IMG/VR virus record: IMGVR_UViG_3300045988_149609
Strand: one strand, 5' to 3'
DNA: 64,000 nucleotides
Source: a virus
Both the position numbers and the translations under genes were made by a program. Shown here in pieces: positions 47,401-58,400 of this stretch. A model generated the notes under the pieces. That model did not search any database and was not told where the DNA came from. It worked only from the letters and a program-made list of their open reading frames with translations. Position 1 is the first letter of the stretch, and the number at the start of each line of letters is the position of its first letter.

Positions 47401-50400
47401 AAGCAAATGGAGAAGATATTTTTTCTGGAGTTAGAGAAGAATGGTTAGAAGAAGGAGATAAAGAAAAAATAAAAACTGCAAATGATGTAGAAAAAGTAAA
47501 AAATCTATTACTTAAAAGATTGCAACAAGCTTATGAGAGTGGTAAATGTTCTAAGATGTATTATGATTTATTTAGTGATGCTATTCAAAGAAACTATAGC
47601 AAAGCAAATAGTGTAGAAGAAATGTTAGATCCTTCAAATGAAAACTATGTTGAAGCAATAGAATCAAATGAAAATATTACAAATGATGATGTAGATGCAG
47701 CTTATCAAGTACTAAATGATGTTATAAATGTAACACAAGAGGATATTGAAAAAGCACAAGAAGTAAAAGATTTTGGAGATAGTATAGAAGGAACAACTGA
47801 CGCTCTTACTATAAGTTTAGATGATGAAACAGAAGGTGAATCAAAAGCAGAAGATAAAGAAAAAGATAAAACTAAAAAACCTAATACTGGCTCAACTTCT
47901 GCAACAGAAACTAAAACTAAAGCTAAAACTAAAACTGATAAAAAATCTGATGAAACAAATGGAGAAGAAGCTTCAGCAGGTAAAGATCCTGTAACTCAAC
48001 CTAAACCACTTAAATTTCCTACTTGGCAATGGCAGTTGTTAGAAACAGGAGCTGTATTATCTGAAAGTTCTGTACAAAGTATTGTTGAAAATCCTACATT
48101 TGTCAAATTTGATTATTATGATCCTTTGACAAAAAAATTAAAATGGTCAAAAGGAAATAATATGTTTAGATGTCCTAATGGTTATTATCTTTGTTTTATA
48201 AAAATACCTAAATCAAATGTAGTAGTTCCTTTCTTAGGTTATAGTAATGGAAAAGGCCAGTTAGAATGGAATGTTGCTGTAAAAGTAGATCTTAATGATA
48301 CTTCAAAATGTTTATGTGTAAATTCTGGAGATATTTGTGCAGAATTAGGACAAATTGCATATGCAATGAGTAAAAGATGGAGTAATACATCAGTAGCTGC
48401 AAAAAGAGTTCTTGAATTAAATGATAATTTTACAAGAAATGTAATTCAAACTCAGATGTTAGATAATATGGAAAAAAGTGGCATTGATTATGCAGACTTA
48501 TATTTAAATCGAAAAGAAGATGAAGATATAACTTATGCTTTAAATAGTGCATTTGTACCATATAAAAAAGTTTTAGATGAAGCAGTAATGAAAGCATATC
48601 ATTCAACACTTAAATCTAATACTTTTGATGAAACTTCTTCTAACACTGTACAAAATGCTACAAATATTTCATCTGAAGATTTAGAGAAAGAAATAGAAGA
48701 TAATAATAAAAAATCTAACGCAGTTGCTAATTCACAGCCAACTCCTGATAATCCTATTACTTCAAAAAATATATATGAATTTTGGAGAGATTCTACAACA
48801 GAATATAAAATACATAGAGATAGAGGAGATGATCATCCTTATTGGGAAACAAGTGGAAATCCAGCACATAAAATTTTATTTGAATATTTACAAAAAGCTG
48901 GAGTTTTTGATAGAAGAAAAAATACACCTGTTGAAGATATTCCACAATCATTTAAGTTATCTTTTGACCAAAAATTAAATGAACAATTAGGATTTCCTGT
49001 ATTATTATTAACAGATGAAGATGGTAATATTTGGGGAGATATACCTAATCCTAAAGATGCTACTTTTAGTAAATATAGAGGATTACAAGAGTTTTATAAT
49101 AAAGCTATTGAAGAATACAATCAAAATAAAGATAATATAAAAAATGGTTTTTATACATTAAAAGATGAGATAACAACAGCTGGTATATTAATTGGTACTC
49201 CAAGATATTTAGCTACAGGTGAAAGATATACATTAAATGAAATATGTAGCACTAAAGATAGTTCAGGTAAAAGAGTTACTAAAAAAGGAGGGCCTAAAAT
49301 AGGTATCATGGTTAATGATGAATTAAAAAGTGGTTGGAATATGCGTATTAGTGGTAATGAAAAAAGAGACACTGCTATGAGTATGCAAGAGAAAAAAATA
49401 CTTCCTCCTTTGACTTATAGAAATGGACAACCTTTCTTATTAATTGAAACTTTAGATCCTAAAAGAAGATATTATCCTGTTCCATTTACTATGAAACCTT
49501 TTAGTGTAAAAGATAATTCAAGATTAGCTAATGCTGTAAAAACATTATTTGATAAAAATAATTTACCTAAAAATCAAAGTGAAGCTAATACCTGGGCAGC
49601 TACATTAAAACACATTTTAGCTTTAGAAAATGTTGAAACATTCTTTAAAGATGGTAAACTATTATCTATAAGAGTTAAATCATTTAATGCAGAAAAAGCA
49701 ATAAATGTACGTACTGTAAAAGATCTTGAAAACATTCCATTTAATATAGATACTTCTTTAGTAGGACTTAAAGTAGGTAATGCTGAAGATGAAATTTTTA
49801 GTGGTTTACTTACAAAAGAAGTTGATTATAATGAATTAATTGGTGAAGTTGCAGAAACAAATTTACCTCCTAGTGCAGATAGAACAATAAATGATAGTAT
49901 TGTAATAAATCCTATTATAAATGGTAAATCAACTGCAGCAAAAATGCCTCAAGGAAAGACTAAACAAAAAGAGGCAGCAAATAGTGAAACTGATACTTCT
50001 AAAAAAGTAACAGATATTACAGAAACTGATATAAAAACTGATACTCAAGTTGAACTAAATAATAATGATAAGGATTGGTATTATTCAGATAACTATCCAG
50101 TCTTTGCAATTAATACTAAAACAAATGCTGTATTAAATAGAGCTACACATAAAGTATATACTGTTGAAGAAGCATCAAATCTTAATATTATTCTTAAAGG
50201 TAATATTGCAAGAGTTTATATTGAAGCTAATAATTTAGAAGCTACAGGTAAAACTATTATAGAAACTCCTTATGGATGGTATGATATAAAAAATGGTAAT
50301 TTTGTAGCAGCACCTGTTGAAACACCTAAAGCAAAACAATCTTCTTCCACTGAAACTATTAGTGAAGATAATACTGACTTTAATGTAGATACTGCAAAAG

Positions 50401-51329
50401 AAACTCTTAAAAAACTTGTTACAGATCCTGTTATTAGAAGTAAAGTTATTGAAAAATTAAATGTTGCTTCTTTACAAATTCTTATTGAATTACCATCAAT
50501 GAAAGCAAGAGGTATTTTAAATAGTTTGAAAACAATGTGGAGAAATAAAACGCCTGAACAATTAGAGGAATTTATTAAAACTGCAAAAGCTAAAATGAAA
50601 TTAGTAGCAGATACTAAATTTGAACAAGCAGATTTAGATAAGGAAATTAAAACTTTAAACAGAATGCTTCCTCAAATAGATATAAATGATTCAGTTAGAA
50701 TAGTTAAAGGATTAATTAAAACAGTTGATGGAGATGCTTATGGTAAATTCTATAAAGGTATTATTACTTTATCTAAACAAGCAACTGTAGGTACAACTTA
50801 TCATGAAGGATTTCATTATGTTGTTAATACTTTATTTAATCAATCAGAACGTGATGCTTTATTTAAACACGCTAAAGCTTTATATGGTGAAGAAAATGAA
50901 GCTCAATTAGAAGAATTAATGGCTGATGAATTTAGTAAATATGTACAAGATAGAGAAAATAAAGTTGTAGATAATGAGCAAAATCCAATTAAACGATTCT
51001 TTAAAAAATTATGGAATATTGTTTCTTCAATGTATAGACATAAAGCATATGTAGATTCTGTTTATAGAAATATCTATAATGGTAAATATGCTAATAGAAG
51101 TATTATAAGAGAACAAGAAAAAAGTAGAAGAAAACAATTAAAGGATAAAACATCAAAAGTATTAAATAATATTAAAACTCCAATTAAAAGTTATTATAAC
51201 AATAAGTATAAATATGAAAATCTTTCAGTAGAACAACAGCAATATCTACAAGATAGAGGTATTAATCTTAAGGATTATAATAATATGAATAATGAAGAAA
51301 AAGAAGTATTATTTAAATGTATGAATTAA
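44472..51329 (+). CDS. Giant coiled-coil virion protein (~2285 aa) with C-terminal HExxH (zincin-like) motif; tape-measure or ejected-protein candidate
   Basis: Start at ATG 44472, 1 nt after the upstream TGA. Hydrophobic GVGKGAVLAGTTFVDGTLGIIASLGQII near the N-terminus. Long K/E-rich heptad regions. YHEGFHYV at 50802-50816. Confidence 0.5.
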   Translation: MATTNKKIQETGPVGLKGVRGEDLYPKGFKGEQLQISAARNKAALRTNVNPTLFDNIGIAEKTNDTQQGKSMFDDAVMINPTPETIQDTRANNQPWYAQLAAGVGKGAVLAGTTFVDGTLGIIASLGQIIANKVQDANGNPMTTGQIWSGFYDNPITRAMNDINKLSEELMPNYYSTQEEGKAFDFGSMNFWADKIIKNIGFTIGASWSGAAWSRPLSLLGKSLAESTKFKSMLNITKEARDLATKQGKITQNLVSSSVQNGLGATMSALSEGSIEALNTKNDFISKKIPEIQEQRDQRIRYIRKKYGNSKMAEDLIARENKAYNATVEKIKEDAAAAGNVDLLVNIPILTASNMIQFTRLYSGGFKKSLESLKVKRLADGTYDIMSKAKAVAKAVSKPIISEGSEEILQQYASDVPTNYYNTDVNNFYKAKTNRQSEQEVLSWSKALGEQLALTFGSADTWEQFFIGGLTGLLGVPSFIKTKANGKMGFGLSWQSEAISGAKEAAKKAARYNYLSAYMNARIANNEKFKNYYQGLIRNNTYAKAMDAALEHNDKKAFLDNDLAQLYSDFTMFDSAGRLDDLRAMAKAAIPTSDADVQDLIDNTSTKDLKGEEKEKAEKEKENLKQATTKKEQITQQIQELLNEREEKDLIPEEKLKLDNFKQELNSAEEEITTAKANIKDIYDKSKEPWRGPYIKTTGEQKSIEEVKEELNKNVKTFTDHLNRYQEIKDDVESILRGRLDSPEREKDVVSELVFRIAQSENWKNRSDEILNKYREIFPDSEEKDSYLAQLQEKGSQLDDVLESINEAKEKYIAYAKAKAEREGKLDSFDESKVQFPKSITEVEERYKKANDTNVALTNSAAAFRKFKASTNEEIANLLLTDPNFKQGFANWILNTDKIPAEKKDEYIARLNDVEKMLISKQNASIAIAKYLEDPNTLAQEQEKADEKNKEEVAEEKHKEVVERLRNATVSDINNAKANGEDIFSGVREEWLEEGDKEKIKTANDVEKVKNLLLKRLQQAYESGKCSKMYYDLFSDAIQRNYSKANSVEEMLDPSNENYVEAIESNENITNDDVDAAYQVLNDVINVTQEDIEKAQEVKDFGDSIEGTTDALTISLDDETEGESKAEDKEKDKTKKPNTGSTSATETKTKAKTKTDKKSDETNGEEASAGKDPVTQPKPLKFPTWQWQLLETGAVLSESSVQSIVENPTFVKFDYYDPLTKKLKWSKGNNMFRCPNGYYLCFIKIPKSNVVVPFLGYSNGKGQLEWNVAVKVDLNDTSKCLCVNSGDICAELGQIAYAMSKRWSNTSVAAKRVLELNDNFTRNVIQTQMLDNMEKSGIDYADLYLNRKEDEDITYALNSAFVPYKKVLDEAVMKAYHSTLKSNTFDETSSNTVQNATNISSEDLEKEIEDNNKKSNAVANSQPTPDNPITSKNIYEFWRDSTTEYKIHRDRGDDHPYWETSGNPAHKILFEYLQKAGVFDRRKNTPVEDIPQSFKLSFDQKLNEQLGFPVLLLTDEDGNIWGDIPNPKDATFSKYRGLQEFYNKAIEEYNQNKDNIKNGFYTLKDEITTAGILIGTPRYLATGERYTLNEICSTKDSSGKRVTKKGGPKIGIMVNDELKSGWNMRISGNEKRDTAMSMQEKKILPPLTYRNGQPFLLIETLDPKRRYYPVPFTMKPFSVKDNSRLANAVKTLFDKNNLPKNQSEANTWAATLKHILALENVETFFKDGKLLSIRVKSFNAEKAINVRTVKDLENIPFNIDTSLVGLKVGNAEDEIFSGLLTKEVDYNELIGEVAETNLPPSADRTINDSIVINPIINGKSTAAKMPQGKTKQKEAANSETDTSKKVTDITETDIKTDTQVELNNNDKDWYYSDNYPVFAINTKTNAVLNRATHKVYTVEEASNLNIILKGNIARVYIEANNLEATGKTIIETPYGWYDIKNGNFVAAPVETPKAKQSSSTETISEDNTDFNVDTAKETLKKLVTDPVIRSKVIEKLNVASLQILIELPSMKARGILNSLKTMWRNKTPEQLEEFIKTAKAKMKLVADTKFEQADLDKEIKTLNRMLPQIDINDSVRIVKGLIKTVDGDAYGKFYKGIITLSKQATVGTTYHEGFHYVVNTLFNQSERDALFKHAKALYGEENEAQLEELMADEFSKYVQDRENKVVDNEQNPIKRFFKKLWNIVSSMYRHKAYVDSVYRNIYNGKYANRSIIREQEKSRRKQLKDKTSKVLNNIKTPIKSYYNNKYKYENLSVEQQQYLQDRGINLKDYNNMNNEEKEVLFKCMN

Positions 51330-51340
51330 TTAAATATAAT

Positions 51341-51375
51341 AAAAAGGTGGTAGAAAATATCTATCACCTTTTTTT
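51341..51375. terminator. Bidirectional intrinsic terminator between convergent gene blocks
   Basis: A5 – GGTGGTAG – AAAATAT – CTATCACC – T7. Confidence 0.55.
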
Positions 51376-51392
51376 ATTCTTATTTTAATAAA

Positions 51393-54300
51393 TTAATAAG
51401 AAGCTTTACCATAAAATTGAATAGATGAATCTAAATCATTTAAAAATCTATCCATCTTTTTATAATTACTTATTCCTGGTACAGGAAGTTTCCAAAATCT
51501 ACTATATAAAGTACTATGTCCTTCAAATGGGCCACTTTGTTTTTCATCTAACCAATAAGGAGGATACATTGCTGCCCACATAAAATTGATAGTATTATTT
51601 ACAGCTGAAATACAAGCTGCTGGACTCTTTAATGTTGCAAGCATTTCGTTACCCATTGTTAAAGATGGAGTTAAATTACCTAATTCATGAGTACTTTTCT
51701 TTGCTAAATATTCTGCAAATTTAATAAACCATGAACGATTTTTATCATCAGGCCATTTAATTAAACTAGCAAGACACCATACCGCTGCAAATTGAACTAT
51801 TTCAAACAATCCACGTTTTACATTAGCTTTTTCAATATCAGAAAGTTTACTCCAATTTAAAGCTAATGCATCTTTACCTTTTACTAAATCAATTAATAAT
51901 CTACCCATTGTTCTATAATAGCCTTCTTCCCACTCACCAGTATCAAGATTTTTTTGACCTTTCATAAATCTTTTATTAAACTGTGGTTTAATCCAATTTC
52001 TATATTGTAAGATTAATCTACCTGCAATAACTTGTTTTGCTGCATTTTGATCATCTTCATTATAAATACCAAACAATGATTGATTAACATGAGCTATTTT
52101 TCTAGCAAAAGATTTAGCAGTAATTGATTTACCATGTTCATCTGTAAAACCATCATCAAGTATCATTTTCTTGATACCTTCTCCAACATCAATTATTTTA
52201 AGATTATCCCAAATAGAACCCATATCTTTACCATCTTTATACAAATGTTGTTTTTTACACATAGCTATTGCAGTTCTATTATATAACCAATGATCGCCAC
52301 ACTCTTGTCCTAAGTATGCTAATCTTGCACCAAAAAATCTTTTAAACGCACTAGTTGATTGATTCTTTATTGAAGATTTAAAGTCTTGTTTTACATCAAA
52401 CAATTCATCAAATAATGATAATTTACTTGTTTGAATCCTTTTACCTAATTCAGGTATAAAATCTTTAAGCATTGCTGTATAAGCTCCATCTGCTGAAGCT
52501 AAAGTTTTAACATTAAAATATTGACCTGCTGCAGCTTCAATATTTTGCATACCAATACCTGTAGTGACATTTGTAATATTAGCTAACCAATGAAAACCCA
52601 TTTGAGCTAAAGATGTCATTTTTAATAAAAGAGAGGTTGCTTTATTGTTATTTATTTTTTTACCAGCGATTTCTGTAAATCCTGCATCTTTTAAATGTTT
52701 TCCATAAACTTGACTTGCCATTAAATCATCAAGTTTTTTATCAATATTTGTACCACTAGGATGTATAATATCATTAATAAAAGTATTACCGAGACCTGTG
52801 ACTACTTCATGAAGTCCACTATTACCTCTTGTTACTTTTACTTCTCTATCATGTAATATTTGTCTACCTACTTCTAATTGATCTATAATATTATCTAAAT
52901 GTTTATAATTTGTAGCAGCTACAGCATAACACATTAAACTTTTAAATATATCTGTAGAAAGTTCATCAGTATTTTTTAATTTATTTGTATAAAGAACAGG
53001 CATAACCATAAACTCTTTACCTTCAAAATCAGTTAAACCTTTTCTTACATTAGAACCAAATATTTGATCATCATCTTCACTTTCTAATACAGCACTTGCT
53101 AAATTTTCTTTAATATTAGATAATATTGAAGATGGTGAAGAAATTGAATCAAAAAATCTTTGAACACCATCTTTTCTTATTTGAATAGCTCTATTAGCAT
53201 AAACTCTATTAGGAGGATAATTACTATCTAATTTATTTTTAATTTTCATAAATTTATCAAGTAAATTTCTTTGTGTACTTGATAAAGATGAAAATGCTGA
53301 ATTTTTATATCTTTCGTTTGGTATTCTTGTCACTTTAATTGAACCATCAGATTGTTCTTCTTTTAATTCTTTTGTATGTGTTTTTAACCATTCTTTTTTC
53401 TCTTTTATCTTTTCTTTAGCTTTATCTCCTGATGCATTCTTTCCATATTTTTCATCTAAATTATCTAACATTTGTTGATAATCTTTTTCATATTGTCCAT
53501 AATTATATTCACTAATATAATTACCTGTTTTTTTACCTGTATTATCAACTTCAAACATCCATTCAAAATTCTTAATTCCAGCATTCTCTGCTTTTTTCAT
53601 AAGAATTTGTATTTCTTTAATAATATCAATAGCTTCTATACGTGCATCATCTTTTGCGTTTTTAATAAGTTTATCCATAGTTCTAAGCATAATATCTGAA
53701 CTATCCCCTAAACTATCTAGCCATCTATCTAATAAAGAAATATCACCTTCTGCTACTTTAAGTAATGTTTCAATAGGAACTTTAGAATTAGGATCATTCA
53801 TAATAGTTTGTACACTATCACCTAATATAGGTCTAATAAATTCAGCAAAAGCAGGGAGAGCTTTTTGTTGATATTGATTTGCTATTTTTTTAGATAAAGT
53901 ATTTAATTTATCAACTAATTCACCTAAACTTATTTCATTAACATTACCAAAAGCATCTTGTGAAGTAATCATAGTTTTATAAGCTTCATTTTCATTACTT
54001 TCCATTACAGGATTACCATAATCATCATATTCATCAGTACTATGTGTATTATTAACAATATCATTAAGTGATTTAATTAAAGGTACATAAGAAGCAAGAG
54101 AAGATCTTATACCTCTTAATTTATTACATACAATTTTTAAATCAGAATTTGTACCTGTATTTAAGTCAATTAAAAGTTGATGTGCATATTTTAAATCTTC
54201 AACTGCACTTAATGCATATGAACCTAAATTTTGTATTAAATCTGCAGTATCAGTAGAAGATGAAGCAGCTAAAAGTTTATTTATTTTTGTTTTTAAGGCA

Positions 54301-55442
54301 GCATTATTTTCATTACCTAATATTTTCCATCTTTTAGTTTCATTATTAGCAGCTTTCTTTAATGTTTCTGCCATTACTTTAACTTCATCACTAAGTTTAT
54401 TAAATTGTATATTTTCTCTTTGAAGATTTGATATTTCATGTTCTGTTAATGTTATTTTATTAACTACATTTTTAGCAATATCACTTGTTATATTATTAAC
54501 TTCATTTAATACACTAATGATAGCAGTAGCATCTTTATCTTTAAATTGATTTCTAATACTATCTAACATTCTATTGAATAATGCTGAATTGGCACCATTC
54601 ATTTTTTGAGCTAATATGTTACTTTCTAAAATTTGACCTAAAGCTTCTTCAGCAATTACTTCATCAATATCGTCTCTATAATCATAAAATTCTAATAGTT
54701 CGTTATATTCTTTTTCTCCTAAAATACTTACCACTAATTTTTTATTATTAGTAAGTAAATTTAAAGCTCTCTGAACTAAAGGATTATCAGACATTGCTCT
54801 AATAATTAAGTGAGAAAATTCTTCACTAATTGCATTATGTCCTTCAATATTATTAGCTCTTCTAATAATAGCTACAGTATCATTTGCTAAATTCTTTGCA
54901 GTTCTTAAATCAGTAACTCCCAGTCTACCAGCATTAATTTCAACATCTGTAAGATCTTCTATATCAATACCCATACTTTCTAGTTGAGATGCTAACTCTT
55001 TATTAATTTTGAATGAACCATATTGATCTGTAAATCTTTGTTCATTTTCTTCAGTTCTATCCAAAACTGTAGTTCTAATCCCATCTTCTGTATAGTCAAC
55101 TATTGCTACAAAATCTTCATTTTGTTGATTAAATTGTTGTGCTTCATTCAAACATTGTTCATAATTATAAATTGTATCTTCTTTACTTTCAAAAGCATTT
55201 TGATATACTATTTTTTGTCCTTCTTTACCAATATAATTTTTAATATATTTATTTTTAAGTAAAGATTCAAAAGTAGGGATTCCCTCTCCATCAAAAGAGA
55301 GAGAATCCTTATAATCATTTTGAAATTCAGGACTAATAGCTATACCATATATGTTCCAAGCCATATTATAACCTAATGATGATTTGAAACTTCTAAACAT
55401 TTTAACTCCTTTTTTAGGAGCAATTACACATGATTTAGCCAT
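51393..55442 (-). CDS. Giant protein (1349 aa) co-transcribed downstream of the RNAP gene; ejected/RNAP-associated partner candidate
   Basis: 4-kb ORF on the minus strand, 19 nt after the RNAP gene stop. No motif recognised. Confidence 0.5.
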   Translation of the reverse strand: MAKSCVIAPKKGVKMFRSFKSSLGYNMAWNIYGIAISPEFQNDYKDSLSFDGEGIPTFESLLKNKYIKNYIGKEGQKIVYQNAFESKEDTIYNYEQCLNEAQQFNQQNEDFVAIVDYTEDGIRTTVLDRTEENEQRFTDQYGSFKINKELASQLESMGIDIEDLTDVEINAGRLGVTDLRTAKNLANDTVAIIRRANNIEGHNAISEEFSHLIIRAMSDNPLVQRALNLLTNNKKLVVSILGEKEYNELLEFYDYRDDIDEVIAEEALGQILESNILAQKMNGANSALFNRMLDSIRNQFKDKDATAIISVLNEVNNITSDIAKNVVNKITLTEHEISNLQRENIQFNKLSDEVKVMAETLKKAANNETKRWKILGNENNAALKTKINKLLAASSSTDTADLIQNLGSYALSAVEDLKYAHQLLIDLNTGTNSDLKIVCNKLRGIRSSLASYVPLIKSLNDIVNNTHSTDEYDDYGNPVMESNENEAYKTMITSQDAFGNVNEISLGELVDKLNTLSKKIANQYQQKALPAFAEFIRPILGDSVQTIMNDPNSKVPIETLLKVAEGDISLLDRWLDSLGDSSDIMLRTMDKLIKNAKDDARIEAIDIIKEIQILMKKAENAGIKNFEWMFEVDNTGKKTGNYISEYNYGQYEKDYQQMLDNLDEKYGKNASGDKAKEKIKEKKEWLKTHTKELKEEQSDGSIKVTRIPNERYKNSAFSSLSSTQRNLLDKFMKIKNKLDSNYPPNRVYANRAIQIRKDGVQRFFDSISSPSSILSNIKENLASAVLESEDDDQIFGSNVRKGLTDFEGKEFMVMPVLYTNKLKNTDELSTDIFKSLMCYAVAATNYKHLDNIIDQLEVGRQILHDREVKVTRGNSGLHEVVTGLGNTFINDIIHPSGTNIDKKLDDLMASQVYGKHLKDAGFTEIAGKKINNNKATSLLLKMTSLAQMGFHWLANITNVTTGIGMQNIEAAAGQYFNVKTLASADGAYTAMLKDFIPELGKRIQTSKLSLFDELFDVKQDFKSSIKNQSTSAFKRFFGARLAYLGQECGDHWLYNRTAIAMCKKQHLYKDGKDMGSIWDNLKIIDVGEGIKKMILDDGFTDEHGKSITAKSFARKIAHVNQSLFGIYNEDDQNAAKQVIAGRLILQYRNWIKPQFNKRFMKGQKNLDTGEWEEGYYRTMGRLLIDLVKGKDALALNWSKLSDIEKANVKRGLFEIVQFAAVWCLASLIKWPDDKNRSWFIKFAEYLAKKSTHELGNLTPSLTMGNEMLATLKSPAACISAVNNTINFMWAAMYPPYWLDEKQSGPFEGHSTLYSRFWKLPVPGISNYKKMDRFLNDLDSSIQFYGKASY

Positions 55443-55461
55443 ATCTTATTAATTTATTATT

Positions 55462-58400
55462 TTATTTTAAATCTTCCATATCTACACCTAATTTAGTAAG
55501 ATTTACCATTTCTGCCATATTTATTCTATTTTTCTTAAAATCTTCAATTCTTTTTTGAATTTCTGGACTATATTTTTTACCAGCTGGTGCAGGACAAGGT
55601 TTCATATCTTGTTTTTCTAATTCCTCTTGAGGTTTATAATCTTTTAGTTTTTCTTCTTCAATTGTAGTTTCAGGTGTTTCATTTGCAAAAGGATCTTCTA
55701 TTTTTAATTCATCTTCTGTTGAATTATTAAGAAAAGCAAAATCTTCTTCACTTTGCATACCAGAAACAAATCCATTTTGAGTAGCAAGATTTAATGCTGT
55801 TTTCAAATTAGGATTTACTGTTCTATTATAAATATCATTTACTGTTTCAGAACTATTATAATAATCCAAAGTTTTATTGTTTATTTCATCATGTTCAACA
55901 TCATGTAAAATTATATATTTTGGATGCTTAGAAAATTGAGTATTAGGATCTAATCTTACATTATAATTTGTTCCCATTGCATCAACAAGAGTCATATATT
56001 CAAAATATCTATGTCTATCAGTTCTATAATTAATTACAGATGCTGCGTTATCAGGAATAAACATATCACCATGTCTTGAAAATCCTTTTACAGATCGTTT
56101 AGTAACAAATTCACCTAAATGATTAAACATGAATTGAGCAAAAAACTTTCCATCTATATCTACTAAATGATTATCTATATTTCTTAAAGTATCAATATAT
56201 TCAGGGAAACTACTTAAAAATTGAGTACTAAAGAAATTACCAAAACTATTATGACTAAACTTAAATCCTTCTTTATAATAAGCATATTTAAATAAATCTT
56301 CAGCTAATTTTTTAGCTTTATCATTACCATAAAGTAAACTATCAAAATCACGCATAAATCTATTTCTTACATCTTCTGTAACTCTACCTGATTTATCTAA
56401 AACTATTTCTCCATTATTAACTCTTAATTTATTTAAAGCACCTAATTGAAATACTTCTTTTAAATCAGGATCTGTTTGCATTTTTTGTAAATCAGCTGGA
56501 AATTTATATAAGTAATAATTACGCTTTTCTGCAAAAGTTCCTTCTTCACTATCACCAAACATTTTAGATTTAGTTAATTCATAAATGATATAACTATCCA
56601 TAAAATCTTGAATTGTTGCTGTTGGTAGATTATAATTAGCACTTTCTTCAAAAAGATAATTTAATGCTAATTGAAAACTTTCACTAGTTTGTGTAAATAA
56701 ATCTCTCATTACAGTAGGTACTGAATTAATACCTAATGAATAAAATGCTTGTAATTTAGCTAAAGGAGATTCTTGTAATTTAGTTCTAATTGTTTCTAAA
56801 TCTCCAAAAGGATTTATAAGATCATCTTGAATTAATTGTTCAGCATTATTTAATGTAAATTCAGGTTGTTGTGCTTTATAATTAAATGCTTTTAATGCTT
56901 GTTTTTGTCTATACATTTCAGCAAGAGTAATACCAACTGAACCATTAGGTGAATCAGCTCTACCTAATTGAGTAACAGTTCTTAAATCTTGTGCTGCAGC
57001 TTCAATTTCAAGTAAAGGCCCAACTAATTTATTCATTCTTGCTATTACTGAAGACATTAATACTAAATCAGTATTTACATCAGTTTTAATATCTATATTC
57101 TTATATAAATTATAATAAAATGTAGCTTCTCGCATTGTATCAGAATCAAAATTAAAGTCAGAACTAGGTATACTATTAGATATACTTAAAATTTGTTCTG
57201 TTAATTCTTCAATCATTTTATTTGCTTTTACTTTATCAATGCTTGAATCATTTTCAGCAAGTTTATTTATTTTAGCTTTAGCTGCTTTAATTGCTAATAG
57301 CTTAGGTAAATCTTTTATTGTTTTAGCATCAATCAATCCATAAAGATCAATAATATCACGAAAACCAGGTAGATTAAATACAAGAGATATTTCTTCTGAA
57401 GTCATACCAGCACATAACATAAAACAAGTAATATATGCTGTATTTGGTGTTTGTGCTAATCTTGCTAATACAGGGTCTTTTACATTATCTACTGAAGCTG
57501 CACTAAATTCAGCACATAATTTTGAAATTCTTATTGTTTTTCCTTCAACTGTAGTATAAGCATCATGTAATGATTTTATTGTACGATTATTTATAACAAT
57601 TTCTTTTTTCAATTCCAAATTACTAAATTGTCTTTTTGCTTGACCAACATTGTTATTTGCATAAATACCAATAAGTGATGCACCTGCCATATTTTGTTTA
57701 TGAAAATAAATAAAAGTTTCCATTGATAAAGGATCAAATGTTTTCTTATTCTTTGATAAGAAATCTTCAACTTCATCTAATGTGGCTTCTTTAATACTTT
57801 TATTTAAAGCATTAACATCACTTGCAAATGAATTATAGACTGCTGCACCATCTTCATCATTTTGTATATTATTTAATTCTTCAATAAAATTAGTATTAAT
57901 TCCATGTGCTTTTGCCCAAGCATTTAATAGTTGCGGATCATTTACTATATCTGTTTTATAAGCATCTGTTTTAATGGTATCATAACCACCAGGACTCATT
58001 ACTTGATCTCTTATTTGAGGACTTCCCCAAACTTTTCTATATAAATCAAGTAACATATTTTCTCTAGCTTGTCTGCTATTACCTGCTACTCCTTTTGACC
58101 AATCATATTCATATGTTTTATATTTGCCATCTTTGGTCTTATAATAGTTATAAAATTGTAAAAATTTCTTATCAATATCAAAATCTTCACCTGCATAAAC
58201 AATTGTATCAGCAGGCATCATTATAGTTGAACCATTTTCTTGAGGTAAAAATCCTTTAATTATAAATGACATCATTGAATATTTACCTTCTGTTGGTATA
58301 CGATAGCCAAATCCTTCGAGTAGTTTAGGATCATTTTCCTTTACTTTTTCAATATCTATTTTTTTACCAATAACTTTACCATCATCATCTAAAACATCTA

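Noticed and set aside
47911-47945. Short tandem ACTAAA(A/G)CT repeats (TKTKAKTKT) in the 2285-aa gene
   Set aside because: It is a low-complexity coding repeat inside a K/T-rich linker. It is not a separate element.
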